DNA of 64,000 bases from the human T2T-CHM13v2.0 reference genome, Homo sapiens: assembly GCF_009914755.1 (NCBI RefSeq), contig NC_060936.1; one strand, 5' to 3'. Below are positions 26,600 to 39,149 of the stretch, in pieces. How positions within the stretch are numbered: the stretch's first letter is position 1; the number at the start of each line of letters is the position of its first letter. The position numbers were made by a program, and so were the translations under genes. Under the pieces are notes generated by a model. That model was not told where the DNA came from. It saw only the letters and a program-made list of their open reading frames with translations, and did not search any database.

Positions 26600-27200
26600 C
26601 CCACAAACGGCCTTCCCTCTTAGCCTTCCCAGGCCGCTCTTGTCCTGAAGTGTGGATCTGGAGTTCCCGGGGCTGCATCCGGCATCCTCAGGGCCGGATC
26701 TCGGGCCCCCTCCCCAGTTTTCTTGAACTAGACTGGTCCCTAGCAGACTGGAATATCCTCAAGGCCTCGTTTGGCTTGGGTTTGTTTTCCATATACGAAA
26801 GATAAAAGAAATGGGCAATCTGTCTCTGGAGGTGGGGTGGGCTGCTTTGAAGGGAGGGCGGCTTCAAGTGAGGGAAGGTTTCAATGGTTGAGGGCAAAAG
26901 ACAACAACAACACACATGCAACCTCTTAGCCGAGCCAAACAGCAAAGCCCCAAAGAGGCTAGAAGCCCCAGGAGCTCCTCACCATGCGGATTTTACAACG
27001 TGTGCCAGGTTTGTTTATCCTGTAACCTCAGGAAGAAACGACCACCAAGAAACACAGTGGGAAGTGAGGCAGATGAGAGGAGGAAGCCATTTCTTTTGAA
27101 TTGCGACTCCTCTCTTAGATTCTGTAAGTGGCACCTTCACTCCCTTCCCCCACCCCTGAACTTCTACCTTTCCTCCTCCTCCCCAACAGCTAGTCTTCAG
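26600..27200. promoter_or_regulatory. Likely orthologue of the Myf5 early epaxial somite enhancer
   Basis: Variant Gli site GACCACCAA at 27040-27048, ~6.6 kb upstream of the MYF5 TATA and just 3' of MYF6; TCF/LEF-like CTTTGAA at 26845-26851; E-box CAGATG at 27070-27075; boundaries approximate. Confidence 0.75.
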
Positions 27201-27316
27201 TTAGCAGACGTGAAAATCAAATCGGATTCAGTATTTCCCAGCCCACCCTTTCCTTCCTAACCCTCCAAAGGCTGTACTTTCTTGTTGCGCACCTAAGTTC
27301 CAGATAGCACCACAGA

Positions 27317-27335
27317 CAGTGCCCCCTGGAGGTAC
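27317..27335 (-). promoter_or_regulatory. CTCF consensus motif
   Basis: Minus strand reads GTACCTCCAGGGGGCACTG, a close match to the CTCF core CCACCAGGGGGCGC. Confidence 0.6.
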
Positions 27336-27529
27336 AGAGCTGTATCTTGCCCCTTTTTCCTCTCAGAAAGGAAAGCCTCTTCCTGGCGATAGTAGTCACT
27401 GCGTTTTCTGAGTATATGGGAAATTCAGATTTCTTCTGAAACAAATTTAAAAGGCAGAAAGGTTCATAGTGGAAGCTGACATTGACATACAATCTCTTTT
27501 AAAGGTTTGGGAGAGGTAGGTGGGAGATT

Positions 27530-28000
27530 TAGCTGAGCCTGTGTGGGGTTGGCTACCTAGATGGAATCCAGGCTGCCACTGTCTAGGGCTAGTCACTGCT
27601 CATTCTTAGTCCTGTTTCCTCCTGAGGTTGTGAAGATTCACTGAGATAACACATGTGAAGTGCTTAGCCAAAATGGCACAAAATAAACACTAGATGCCAG
27701 CTCTCTTCTTCATTAGTCAATTCAAAGACCCTTTTCTTCCATCAAAAGCCATAGTTTCTTCAGCCTTTCCTTGCTCTGGCTGGGGAAAATATTGACAACA
27801 ATGAGAACAAAAGCAACATAAATGAGCCATTCTTAGTATTTAAATATTAACTCATAATCCTACAACAGATGAGAGAGGTACTGCGAAGATCCTTGGAACA
27901 GAGTTTCCTGCACTTGGTTAAGTACTGCATAGAGCCAGGATTCAGAGCCAGGCAATTATCAGTGGATTCAAGCCTGTGTTCTTAACCATCATGCTCTGTG
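27530..28000. mobile_element. Two MIR fragments in opposite orientation
   Basis: gaatccaggctgccactg...gaggttgtgaagattcactgagataac (+); agagccaggattcagagccaggca...gttcttaaccatcatgct (-). Confidence 0.55.
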
Positions 28001-28042
28001 AAACAGATGCCTTGGCACATTGTTAATTTCTTTCTTTCCTCC

Positions 28043-28169
28043 TTTTTTTTTTCTTTTTAAGGGGTGATGTGTCCCTGTTGCCCAGGCTTGAACTCCTGGA
28101 TTCAAGTGATCCTCCAGCCTCAGCCTTTCAGGTAGCTGGGACTACAGGCCCATACCACTGAGCCCAGCT
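28043..28169 (-). mobile_element. Alu monomer (FLAM-like)
   Basis: poly-T followed by tgttgcccaggcttgaactcctggattcaagtgatcctcc...gctgggactacagg. Confidence 0.85.
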
Positions 28170-30752
28170 TGCCTTGGGAAATTAATAAGCAACATTTTAT
28201 GGTCTGGGGAAAAATTTGGCTCTCCTTGGCGTTTGTTTTCTAAAAGCTCTCTCTCAAGAGTGGCTAGCTACCGAACTCCAAATTAGAGCAGTAACTTAAA
28301 AAAATAAGTGGTAAAGCATTTCAAATTATCCAACCAAAACATGTGTGAATATGTCTGGGTAGTGTCTATGCCCATTAATTATGCTTATTAGATGCCCATC
28401 ATTTTCTCCCTGAGAATCAATAGGGATTTTCCCCAAATTGTATATATGCACACTTCTATTTTTAAAATTCAAATTTATTATGCAACACAAAATAATGTAA
28501 CTGATTAGGTGAACTCATTTAATTTATAATTTAGCCTATACTTATAGTAAGATCTGTGTTATAAATGGCTCAACAGCAGAATGCTTTTATTAATTCGTGG
28601 ACTTTACTTGTTGATGGATTTTATTCAGTCTTTGCAAGCCAAATCCTCTCTATCTCTCTTAGCTGGGTAACTTGAGAAATTGTTTGGAATAAGTTTGCCT
28701 ATAGAAGTCTCTTCATTAAATAGAGCAAATATTTCCCAAAGACTTCATGTGACCTCCACTGCTACAGATGACATGTTAGGCTTTCCAGTGAAATCCTTGG
28801 TGTGTTTGCAATTAAAATGTTTTTGTTTGATATTAATGATGATAATCTTTACTGAGGCCAAAGCCAAAATAAACAGGGCTGTGGAAGCAGATAATCAAGA
28901 CATAATAACTTGGTAAAGATAAGCAATTTGGGATTAAATTCAAGCCTCTTTCCAGAGGCAGGTATAAAGTTATCAAGTACAAAATAATGAGTGATTTTCT
29001 TTATTATATTACTACAGAAATAATTTGCAGAAAATCAAATGCCAGCTTTCATACTAATTTTAATACCTGGATCACTGAATTCCAAGCCTGAACACTGGAA
29101 ATCCTCTTAGGTCTAACAGTCTCATTTATTTTTCCTCAAACTCTTGCATTTGTTTTGGGAGTGGAGGGAATGCTGGAATTTAGGGTTTGCAACTATTTCT
29201 GAAACTAGCAGAGAAATCTTGAGATGCTGAAAGTGATCTCTATCCTTATTAAGACTTTTTTTTTTTTTACTAAAGTTAGAATTTACCCAGTTGTGTTTTT
29301 CTTCTAGTAATATTTTATCCCATTTTGTCGTTTCAAAATCGCTCTCCCACAACACCATAGCTGGAATTTTTTTTGACATTTTTTTTAAGCTTTGAATATC
29401 TAATTGCCTAATCCAATGCATTGATAAATTATCAATAACATAGTATTTTCTCAAAGAGCCAAACCACCAAGCTATTTCTCTGACAGGCCCCTCCAGTCAC
29501 TCCCTTAAACTATTACACTTATAAAAGATGATCCTCCATCATAGAGGTTTCACTCTGAAAAAAGCAATTTTTTTGCAAGCCTAGTTCAGAGTCAGTCTGA
29601 GATGGAATGGCTATGCCATGTGCTGGAACAAAGATAATGCTGTAAGAACTGGCTACTTTCTGTACTCTCAAGGCTGCTAAATGTCCTTACTTAGGCCTTT
29701 GATCTCTCCTGGAAGTCCTCTAATTCAAGCAGAGGCCAATGTCTTCCTCAGCTGTCTTCACAAATTCTTCCAGCAGCTCTGGCAGGTACTAATGTGTTTA
29801 CTTAGGTGTGCCTGATTCCCAGAGCTAATAGCAATTTGCAATTGTTGAGCACATTGTGAAGTCATCTATAATATAAAAAATATCAAGAACAACTCCCTTA
29901 GTCCAGGAGTTGATAAGGATCTGCAGGCAGGGGCAGAAGTGAATTGGAATGTATGTATCCTTCTATATGTATTTGGTTTCTCCCTCCAAGAAAAGCATAG
30001 AGAATTTTCAATAATGCAGAAAGCCTAGGGTGGGCAAAATTTATTAGAAGAAGAAGGTATGAGCATCATTTTGCTGGTGTGATCTGTCCATCAATATTAG
30101 TGTGTTGCCATAATGCTTAAACTAACACAGATTTCACTTAAAAAAAAAGTTGATGTTACGTAAAGGTCATTGCAGTTAGAACCTGGTTATAATTCTAAAT
30201 TGTAAGAAAATCAAATGTATTTATTTTTTCAGAATATAAAATGAAATAAATAAATAAATAAATACTTCACCAGAGCCTTAGTGGGTATCCATTTATAGCA
30301 CCAGAGGTGACTGGGTTTTCTTCCCCTCAACTACCTATGGTTAGACTTTCCTAGCAGACAGTGTTGGAGTGTCATTTCTAATAACCTGTTTACATATGAA
30401 ATAAATGTGCGTTTTCTCCGCAAGCAAGAAATCCACTTCTTTGCAGAAATAGTGGAAAACTTATTTTCATTCTTTGTGTGAGGAGCAAAAGCCAATCTAA
30501 TCCGACTTTGAGTACAAAAGGGTGCCCTGAGTAGATCTTTTCAGAGCCATTTTTAAAACTTTTCCCATGCTTCCCTGGCCAACCCACTCAAAAAAAAAAA
30601 AATGCTTTTCTCTATGTTGCTCACCCAGTTCTTTCTTTTTCCCCTTCCAGGTCTCCCCTGGGAAAAGAGCAGGGAGACCGCTCCTGAATTGGGACACTGT
30701 AGCCATCTTTGTGGTGCTGGCTGCCTACTGTCTTAGCATATTGCCTTTTTTT

Positions 30753-30777
30753 TCTCTCTCTCTCTCTCTCTCTCTCT
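30753..30777. repeat. (TC)n microsatellite
   Basis: Direct reading. Confidence 0.9.
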
Positions 30778-31199
30778 TTCTTCTCTCGCCCCTGACAGCG
30801 TTTTAAAAGTTTTGTCTTATTTCTTTTTACTTTGGTACTCTGAGATCCTATTTTCAGCACTTGCGTCCCAAGGGCTCTCAAGTCCGGACCCTGTTCTCCT
30901 GCTAGCAAGTCCCATTAAGCCGCCGGGCGCTTGTGTTTTCTCGGCTTCTTTAGTTCCACTCGCTCGCGGCACTCTGGTAACTTTGTTTTGAGATCACCTT
31001 ACCAGAGACAGCTCTAACCTCTGAGAACTACCCTTACTGACAGAGGCTCCTGAGTGACGGCGTCTTCCCAGGCACAGGAGCCAGGGAAAGATGTTGAGTA
31101 GCCAGCTTTTGCGAGTTTCTGCTCTGGAGCCCTAAGGAAGCGCACGGAGCCTAAATTAATTGAAGAAGAAAACAAACAAAATCACCTCTAGGAGTAGGA

Positions 31200-31410
31200 A
31201 CTATAATGACAGGATGCCTAGTTTCCAATCCTGTATGACCTTGGGGCAAATAACCTAGTCCCTGGAGCTCGAGTTTACTTTCTTTCTACAATGGGCCCAA
31301 TAATAGCTCCCACAGGGTGGTTTGGAGTATTAATTGTTAAGTTAATCTAAGGAAAGGGTTGAGAACAGTGCGGGGCAAATAGAAAATTCTCAATAATTGT
31401 TAGTTAAAAA
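31200..31410 (+). mobile_element. MIR SINE
   Basis: tgtatgaccttggggcaaataacct...gagaacagtgcggggcaaatag...ctcaataattgttagtt. Confidence 0.6.
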
Positions 31411-33389
31411 TATTTCGCGCTGAGGGGCTTGAGTACAAATCACGTTAAGTGCTTTCAGAAATTAGCTGAAAGATGAGCAGAAGCGTAACCTCTAACTTTC
31501 ACTCAAACTTTAAAGACCAAGTTTATTTGTGTCCAAAGCACAAGTCCGAGCTAATTTGTGGACTCCACAGCCAAAAAAATAAAAAAGTGGTCATATGGCT
31601 GCTAATAGAAACTGTGGGACTTGGCTGAGAATTCCTGGGGGAGGATATCTACCCACTATTGTATTTCAGAGGTAGCAATGTGCTTTGCATTTGCTGTGCA
31701 TTTGAATGTTTCCACCAGCGTGGATGGCATCTTAGTTTCCACCTGGGTTCTTCTTGAACTTGCCTCTTTTTATCTGGCGTAGCCCTGGATACCGTATTCA
31801 TTTCAAAGGCATAGACTTGTTAATAGCCCTAAAAAAGGTGCAGATGGATTTCCCACTGGTCAGATGATTAAGCAGCCCATTGGTGTGAGAGGGAACCTGA
31901 TTTTCAGGAGAGATCTTTTTCTTAGAGATGACAGGACAGAAGAGAGGAGACAGCAATGGTGTGGCTAGCAAACCTTAGTGACTGACAGTGTCACTCTCCC
32001 ACCTCCGGTTTTCAAGGTCTTCACTTTAGAGAGATCGCACCCTGAAAAGGTTGCTACTTCTCTGGCCCCTGAAGATGCTGGATCAATGAACCAGTGTTGC
32101 TTTAAGAAAATAATTCTGAAAAAAAAGTACAAAGTACCATTCACTGAAAGAAATAATAATAATAATAGGAAGGAAAACTCCCTCCTCCTCGCAATAACTT
32201 CGGAGCCACTATATTTATTGAACTGGGTTACCCTAGATTGAGTTGAGAACACTCCTGCTTCTTTCAACGGGGCCACAAGACCTAGTCCAAAACCCCAAGA
32301 CTAATTGTGTAGACCTTAAGTAATTGCTTTTCCTAAATATAAACAGCACCTCCCCAACCCAAATAACCTGAAAGTGGATTAAGGTTGGAGGAGGATTGGT
32401 AAAAGCTGATTAATAGATTCATTCCCACTTAAATGACAACCCTCCCCTCTTGCCTTCTATCCATCGAAGTTCTAAAGACCCTGCTGTGATTGCTTTTCTG
32501 GAAGGCTTTTGTCACTGAAGTGTGTGAAGTTACTCCTGGTTTGAGGAGTTGGAAATTTTACACGAGTCAAGGATTGCAGTGGCGGCAGCTGGGACGCATC
32601 TGTAACGGTGTTAGTTTGCCTGAAAGCAGAAAATTAGCAACCCCAAAGCCCAGCTTGGCTGTTTAGTCTGTAGAAATGACAGGGCGGAGCAGAAAGAGAG
32701 GGAGAAAGGAGACTCACCCCTGGAAAGGGAGTTTGCCGTCGAAAACTGGGCTTCTTCTGTTGGAAATCTTAGAGACACTTTCAGTGCAGGTCTTTGGCCT
32801 GCTCAGGATCTAGGGAAGGCCTGGCACAAAGGAGAAGGTGCTCAACAAATACGTACAGAAGGGGAAAATGAAGGAAGCAAGAACGGGAGGAATGTTCCTG
32901 GTCACCTGGCCCTCCTGTGCCCCACCTCCTTTTAGATGAGCAGACATACAGGGAGAACTCAGAGCAAGCCCAGTCATGGGAAAAGGAACCTCCCTCCCTA
33001 CTCTCAATAAGGTAGAGCCTAGAATAAATGACAATCTGAGCAAAACTTTACTCATCTGAAGCTATACAAAATAGATTTGGAAAGGCAAACCCTGTATTCA
33101 CTCCAAGATTGAAAATGCCACTTCAAGTTTTTAGTAACCGTTATTCAATCCAATTGCTGGAAAAAGTTTTCGAGATAATTGAAGTTCATGAAAAAGAGAA
33201 ACAAACACCCCCAAATCAGGTGATTCCTCACGCCCAGGATTGGGAGGGCAGGTCGGCTCTTGGTGCCAGCTGAAAGGGATTTCTATTTATTACCACTATT
33301 TTAAAATGTGTGTCCAATTGCAAAAAGTTGGACTGCCTTGGTCACTTTTGTGTGAAACACTCCTTAAGTGATCCCTTGTTTTAGCCTAT

Positions 33390-34260
33390 CTAGAGAGTGC
33401 AAATGAGCAGGTTGGGGACCCACTGCCGCCCCAGCAGAAATACAGTAAAACCATTAGCGTCAAAAGGGGCAGTACACAGCAGATTGTCTGTAGAGGAAAG
33501 GCGGAGGTTTGTCCAGACAGCCCCCGCGGGGGTTGCGGTGGGATATGCTAATAGTGCCTGGCCACTGGGGCCGGCCTCCCTCCCGAAAGAATATATAAAG
33601 AACCCCAACCCCAGCTTGTCTACCCAGGCCAACAGGCGTCTGCCCTTGTTAATTACCGGAGCGACAGACTAGGGAGCTCCGCCCGGGATTTGCCCGTCGG
33701 CGGAGGCGCCAGGCTCCCGTTTCTCCCCATCCCTCTCGCTGCCGTCCAGGTGCACCGCCTGCCTCTCAGCAGGATGGACGTGATGGATGGCTGCCAGTTC
33801 TCACCTTCTGAGTACTTCTACGACGGCTCCTGCATACCGTCCCCCGAGGGTGAATTTGGGGACGAGTTTGTGCCGCGAGTGGCTGCCTTCGGAGCGCACA
33901 AAGCAGAGCTGCAGGGCTCAGATGAGGACGAGCACGTGCGAGCGCCTACCGGCCACCACCAGGCTGGTCACTGCCTCATGTGGGCCTGCAAAGCCTGCAA
34001 GAGGAAGTCCACCACCATGGATCGGCGGAAGGCAGCCACTATGCGCGAGCGGAGGCGCCTGAAGAAGGTCAACCAGGCTTTCGAAACCCTCAAGAGGTGT
34101 ACCACGACCAACCCCAACCAGAGGCTGCCCAAGGTGGAGATCCTCAGGAATGCCATCCGCTACATCGAGAGCCTGCAGGAGTTGCTGAGAGAGCAGGTGG
34201 AGAACTACTATAGCCTGCCGGGACAGAGCTGCTCGGAGCCCACCAGCCCCACCTCCAACT
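33390..34260. other. CpG island over the MYF5 promoter and exon 1
   Basis: High GC and dense CpG; boundaries by eye. Confidence 0.8.
33540..33660 (+). promoter_or_regulatory. MYF5: MYF5 core promoter (TATA box)
   Basis: TATATAAA at 33592-33599, ~180 nt upstream of the ATG, in GC-rich context; octamer-like ATGCTAAT at 33545-33552. Confidence 0.8.
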
Positions 34261-34274
34261 GCTCTGATGGCATG
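33774..34274 (+). CDS. MYF5: MYF5 coding exon 1: N-terminus, His/Cys-rich region and bHLH
   Basis: ATG in strong context (aggATGg) at 33774; [20 protein letters not shown]...[69 protein letters not shown]...SDGM; donor ATG|GTAAGC; 501 nt, phase 0. Confidence 0.99.
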
Positions 34275-35067
34275 GTAAGCAATAGATCTGGTACCTGCTA
34301 GGCTACCCTAATCTTTTCTAAAGTCCTTACACCTCATTTAACCTGGTGTGGTGGGGAGAGTGGGGTGGAGGCAGATGCTGAGTTGCTTTAAAAGAAGAGA
34401 GGGGTCCACATTTAGAAAGACTCCCCAAACCGCTGCTGAACAAGATTTTAGTTTAACTTTCTAGCAGGTTCTAGGTGTACACTGTAATCGAGTGTTGACA
34501 TGGAAGATGGGTGGCTGTGAATGATCACTCAGATGTTTTCTCCATTCCTGAATTTATTTTCAAAATATGCCATCTGTGGATCATGCCCTACGCTAATATC
34601 TAAAGGCACCGTTTCTAACTTAATGAGGAAATGGAAAGAAATACCCACACGGCCCCAGTTCCTGCTCCAATGAGGCCTGGCTGAAAGATGTTGATGCATT
34701 CTTTTTAGAGGGCGTTTGCTCCAAGGCTGCCAGGTTTTAATGTGTTTTTGCCCTGGGAAAGTGTTCTTTCCCTGAATTAGTGTGGCTTTCTTCTACTCCA
34801 ATCCATTTTGCATGGTTAACCCAATGCACATTGCTGCTGAATTCCACCCCCTCTTCCCTTTGCTGCTGCTCTCCTCTTCTTCAAGCACAGAGATTGACCT
34901 CAGTGCCCTGGGAATTTGGAGAGGGCTAGCCCTTCCTAAATCAAGGCAGTGAAGGTGATTGACAGTGTTCGGTTACAGAGCTGGTGGGCAAGCACAGCCT
35001 CACCTTTGGTCAGAACATCTTTTGCCAAGACCTGAAAACAAACTTTGTTGTGTGTCTTGTATTATAG

Positions 35068-35143
35068 CCCGAATGTAACAGTCCTGTCTGGTCCAGAAAG
35101 AGCAGTACTTTTGACAGCATCTACTGTCCTGATGTATCAAATG
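35068..35143 (+). CDS. MYF5: MYF5 coding exon 2
   Basis: Acceptor tcttgtattatag|CCC; encodes PECNSPVWSRKSSTFDSIYCPDVSN(V); donor G|GTAAGA; 76 nt, phase 1. Confidence 0.97.
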
Positions 35144-35570
35144 GTAAGAATTGATAACTTCACAGGAGTTTAAAGACCAGTTCAACCTAACAATTCAGCC
35201 TATAAGATTCTGTTCTTGCTGATAGTATTGGGGAAGGGAGAATGGAAGTGATGGTTCTTATAGGGAGGCTTTGGTAAAGCAAAATAAACACATCTTCTGC
35301 TCCAAATCCCCCTAGCAGACACGCACGCACACATGCATACACACATGCACACACAATGTTGCTTGAAATATTATCAGGGGGCTTCCCCACTCCCCACGTC
35401 TACCCCTCAGGAATTGCCAGATATTTGTTGCAAATTTCTATGTTAGGCTTTCTGTGACCACCTGACCTCTGGGTGTCAGAGGAGCTGACCTACAATTTAA
35501 GGAGCAACATAAGCAAATCTGTCTATCTTGGGCTAATTATTTTTTAATGCTTTTCTCCTTGTATCCTTAG

Positions 35571-35761
35571 TATATGCCACAGATAAAAACTCCTTATCCA
35601 GCTTGGATTGCTTATCCAACATAGTGGACCGGATCACCTCCTCAGAGCAACCTGGGTTGCCTCTCCAGGATCTGGCTTCTCTCTCTCCAGTTGCCAGCAC
35701 CGATTCACAGCCTGCAACTCCAGGGGCTTCTAGTTCCAGGCTTATCTATCATGTGCTATGA
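35571..35761 (+). CDS. MYF5: MYF5 coding exon 3 (helix III, stop)
   Basis: Acceptor ttctccttgtatccttag|TA; encodes (V)[65 protein letters not shown]; 501+76+191=768 nt = 255 aa plus stop. Confidence 0.97.
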
Positions 35762-36357
35762 ACTAATTTTCTGGTCTATATGACTTCTTCCAGGAGGGCC
35801 TAATACACAGGACGAAGAAGGCTTCAAAAAGTCCCAAACCAAGACAACATGTACATAAAGATTTCTTTTCAGTTGTAAATTTGTAAAGATTACCTTGCCA
35901 CTTTATAAGAAAGTGTATTTAACTAAAAAGTCATCATTGCAAATAATACTTTCTTCTTCTTTATTATTCTTTGCTTAGATATTAATACATAGTTCCAGTA
36001 ATACTATTTCTGATAGGGGGCCATTGATTGAGGGTAGCTTGTTGCAATGCTTAACTTATATATACATATATATATATTATAAATATTGCTCATCAAAATG
36101 TCTCTGGTGTTTAGAGCTTTATTTTTTTCTTTAAAACATTAAAACAGCTGAGAATCAGTTAAATGGAATTTTAAATATATTTAACTATTTCTTTTCTCTT
36201 TAATCCTTTAGTTATATTGTATTAAATAAAAATATAATACTGCCTAATGTATATATTTTGATCTTTTCTTGTAAGAAATGTATCTTTTAAATGTAAGCAC
36301 AAAATAGTACTTTGTGGATCATTTCAAGATATAAGAAATTTTGGAAATTCCACCATA

Positions 36358-36363
36358 AATAAA
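36358..36363 (+). terminator. MYF5: MYF5 polyadenylation signal (AATAAA)
   Basis: AATAAA ~600 nt after the stop; a more proximal ATTAAATAAA lies at 36221-36230. Confidence 0.65.
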
Positions 36364-39149
36364 ATTTTTTACTACAAGAAATATTTTGGCTCATGATCTT
36401 TTAAAATAACACCCCAATGGAATTACTGTTCATTGACATGAAATCTTTACATGTGAGCTGAAAATACTTAAACAGTTGGCTTTTCAGATAAGTCTGAATA
36501 TTTACCATTCTCATGTACCCAGTTTAGGTCCTGTTGATGTCACAAGTGAAAATGTCATATTTTCATTTTAAATATATTTCAAGTGAACCTGCTAAATGAA
36601 ACTTTTCCTTTATCTTAGAACTGTACCATATACTATCAAGTCGTTTGTGTGTGAAGGGAAGATAGAGGTTATTCAGGACAGTAACACATGCTTTTTTAAA
36701 AAAGACTATACAACATCACATCATTTTAATAACTATAGTACAACAGAAGGCATGAGTTAAGTCATATTTACTTTTACTACCTGCCTGAAAATATCTTGAT
36801 AATATATACTAATATTGTCAATAAAATATTTAAAGGTATTGGGCTGATTTTTTTTATATTGCTAGAGTGCCAACATAAGAAAACTTACACAAATTATACT
36901 GAAGTGAGACAGACTTGAGTTTTCTTCCTTCTTTTTACAGCCTTTTAAACTTTATTGTATTAATCATATCATGTATGCGTGTGTGTGCATGTGTGTATGT
37001 AAAACAGACTTGTCTCATATTCATCACCCTAAATCTCCTCTAGAAAGAACTGATATGAAAAAATTGAACAATTAAGTGGAAAATTAGGTTGAGACAATGA
37101 TTGGGATAATTATCACAAGTTTACCATTGAGAGAGATTTTAAAAAGAGATTCTTAAAGTATCTAAAGTAGCTATTCACAGAGAACAAATATTGATAATTG
37201 TTTAATCCTCTTATATGTACATTGATTTAAAATTCCTAAGGATTTGTGGTTACATACATTAATTTAAAAAAAGCATACAGACTCTTTACTAGAGCTTGGC
37301 AATGCTACTGTTCTCAGGAAGGTTTCTCTTTCTCTCTGGTGTGATTTGCTCATGCTTATGCAGTCATGAAGCTTAAAGGAATGGGAATCATTCCATAAGG
37401 GAGGTATAAGGGCTGAGTTAAAAAATATGATGGCCACTGTCACTCTGTTAGCATCATGGCCTGACAGGGAACGCTGACTTTTAGCACACAGATATAAGTC
37501 TTTACTCATGATTTCAGAGTGTGAGGATTTTACATGAAAAGAATTCAAGAGGGCATGATAGAGATTTGTGTATATGTCCAACATAAGTCTGGGTTATCCA
37601 CTTTTGTTAGAAACTGTGCTAGGTACATTTTCTCCTTTTGATACTTCTATGGAGACATTGGAGATTTGTTTTTAATAGGATCAGACAGGAAAAAAATTCA
37701 AATATTGGTTTAGTTTTTTAAACTTCAATTTTTAAACACATTACCATATTTTGTTTCATTTAATATAATTAAGCAGAAAATATGAAATTTTTGGTTCAAA
37801 TGAATGAAAATTAAACTTTTTCAAATCAAATCTCAATTGCTTTATAACTTTGCAAGCATACCTAATATTCTCAATGAATATGATAATGATAATTTGAAGT
37901 AGTTAGAGCCTTTTCAGTGGTCTGGATATAATACAAGGGGTGGTTAATGTACAATTTAAAACAATATTCTCCATGCCATGTTGCTCAATTAATCTCATTT
38001 TCAATGTACTAACATTGAAGGCTGATGTCTGCTCAGCACAACACAGCATTTGCAGTCATACATACTTCTTTTTAGACAAGGGAACTTTGGAAATTGGTTT
38101 TCCAGTGGTTCAGATCCAGAAAGGTCTTATTTTCTTTTAAAAAGCAGGGAAAAAAAAGAAATGGAACTCACAAAAAGATCGAAGTAAGGATGGGATTTTG
38201 TCATCTATAAATCTCCTGCAGTGAACACTTGGGTTTCTGAGTTTGTATTAGCCCACTTCACCTCAGCTGGTGGAAAACATGCAGCAAACCAACAGTCAGA
38301 TTTCTAAGAGCAACTAGGACAATATTCCCTTCCCCGTCTGCAAGCGTGATGGGGAAGAGGTTTTCAGGAAGTGAGAGTCAAAAGAGCCTCCTTTCCTCTC
38401 ATGGCTGCAAAATGCATGTTCCCTGAGTTATATATGAAAACCGAGTCCAGCGAAGTTATGGAAATTTGTGTGTGTTATGTGGATGCAAGTTGTTATATAT
38501 ATCCAGGTGTTGTGTCTTGATCGTCCTTATTTTCTTCTCCTTTGAAAGATGCAAGTTACATAAAATTAGTAGCCATATTCTACCCATAAATTCCCCTTTA
38601 AGATGGCATTCTTAGGAACACTTAATCTGAGAGTGGTATTTCCTGAAATTCTCTCTTTGGAGTTATAACAGTTACTAGATTAAACTGGTAATTTAATTCT
38701 CTGACTTGAAGAAGTGGTATTTCTGGAAATGATATTAGAGTACGGCTATTTGTAACTTCAGAAAAACCCTGCTTGAATGGCAAAGTGCTCCTGAAAATAT
38801 CACCACTGAATGTTCCTACATTGTCACAAAAAGCACAGGATATCACATTTATTTCCTTTAAGAATTTTAATTGTATATATTTTAGTTGACTAGTGAGTTG
38901 GTTTATGATAAAATCATAAAAGTGAACACCAAAATTATTGTAGGGTCAAAATATTATGAAAATAATCCTTTGTAAAGGGGAAGTTAGCCAAATCTTATCT
39001 CTGTTTATGGTACAAATTCACTTCATTACAGATTAATCAGAAAATAGCGATACAGCAGCAACTGGCAAATATTGAGTGCTGTGCTTATCATTATGCAAAT
39101 AAGAAAACTGAGGTTTAAGGGGTTTAATAATTTGCCCAAGACATAGCTG

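Noticed and set aside
38255-38275. Partial CTCF-like match around a CAGCTG E-box
   Set aside because: Mismatches at core positions; a single E-box is not informative
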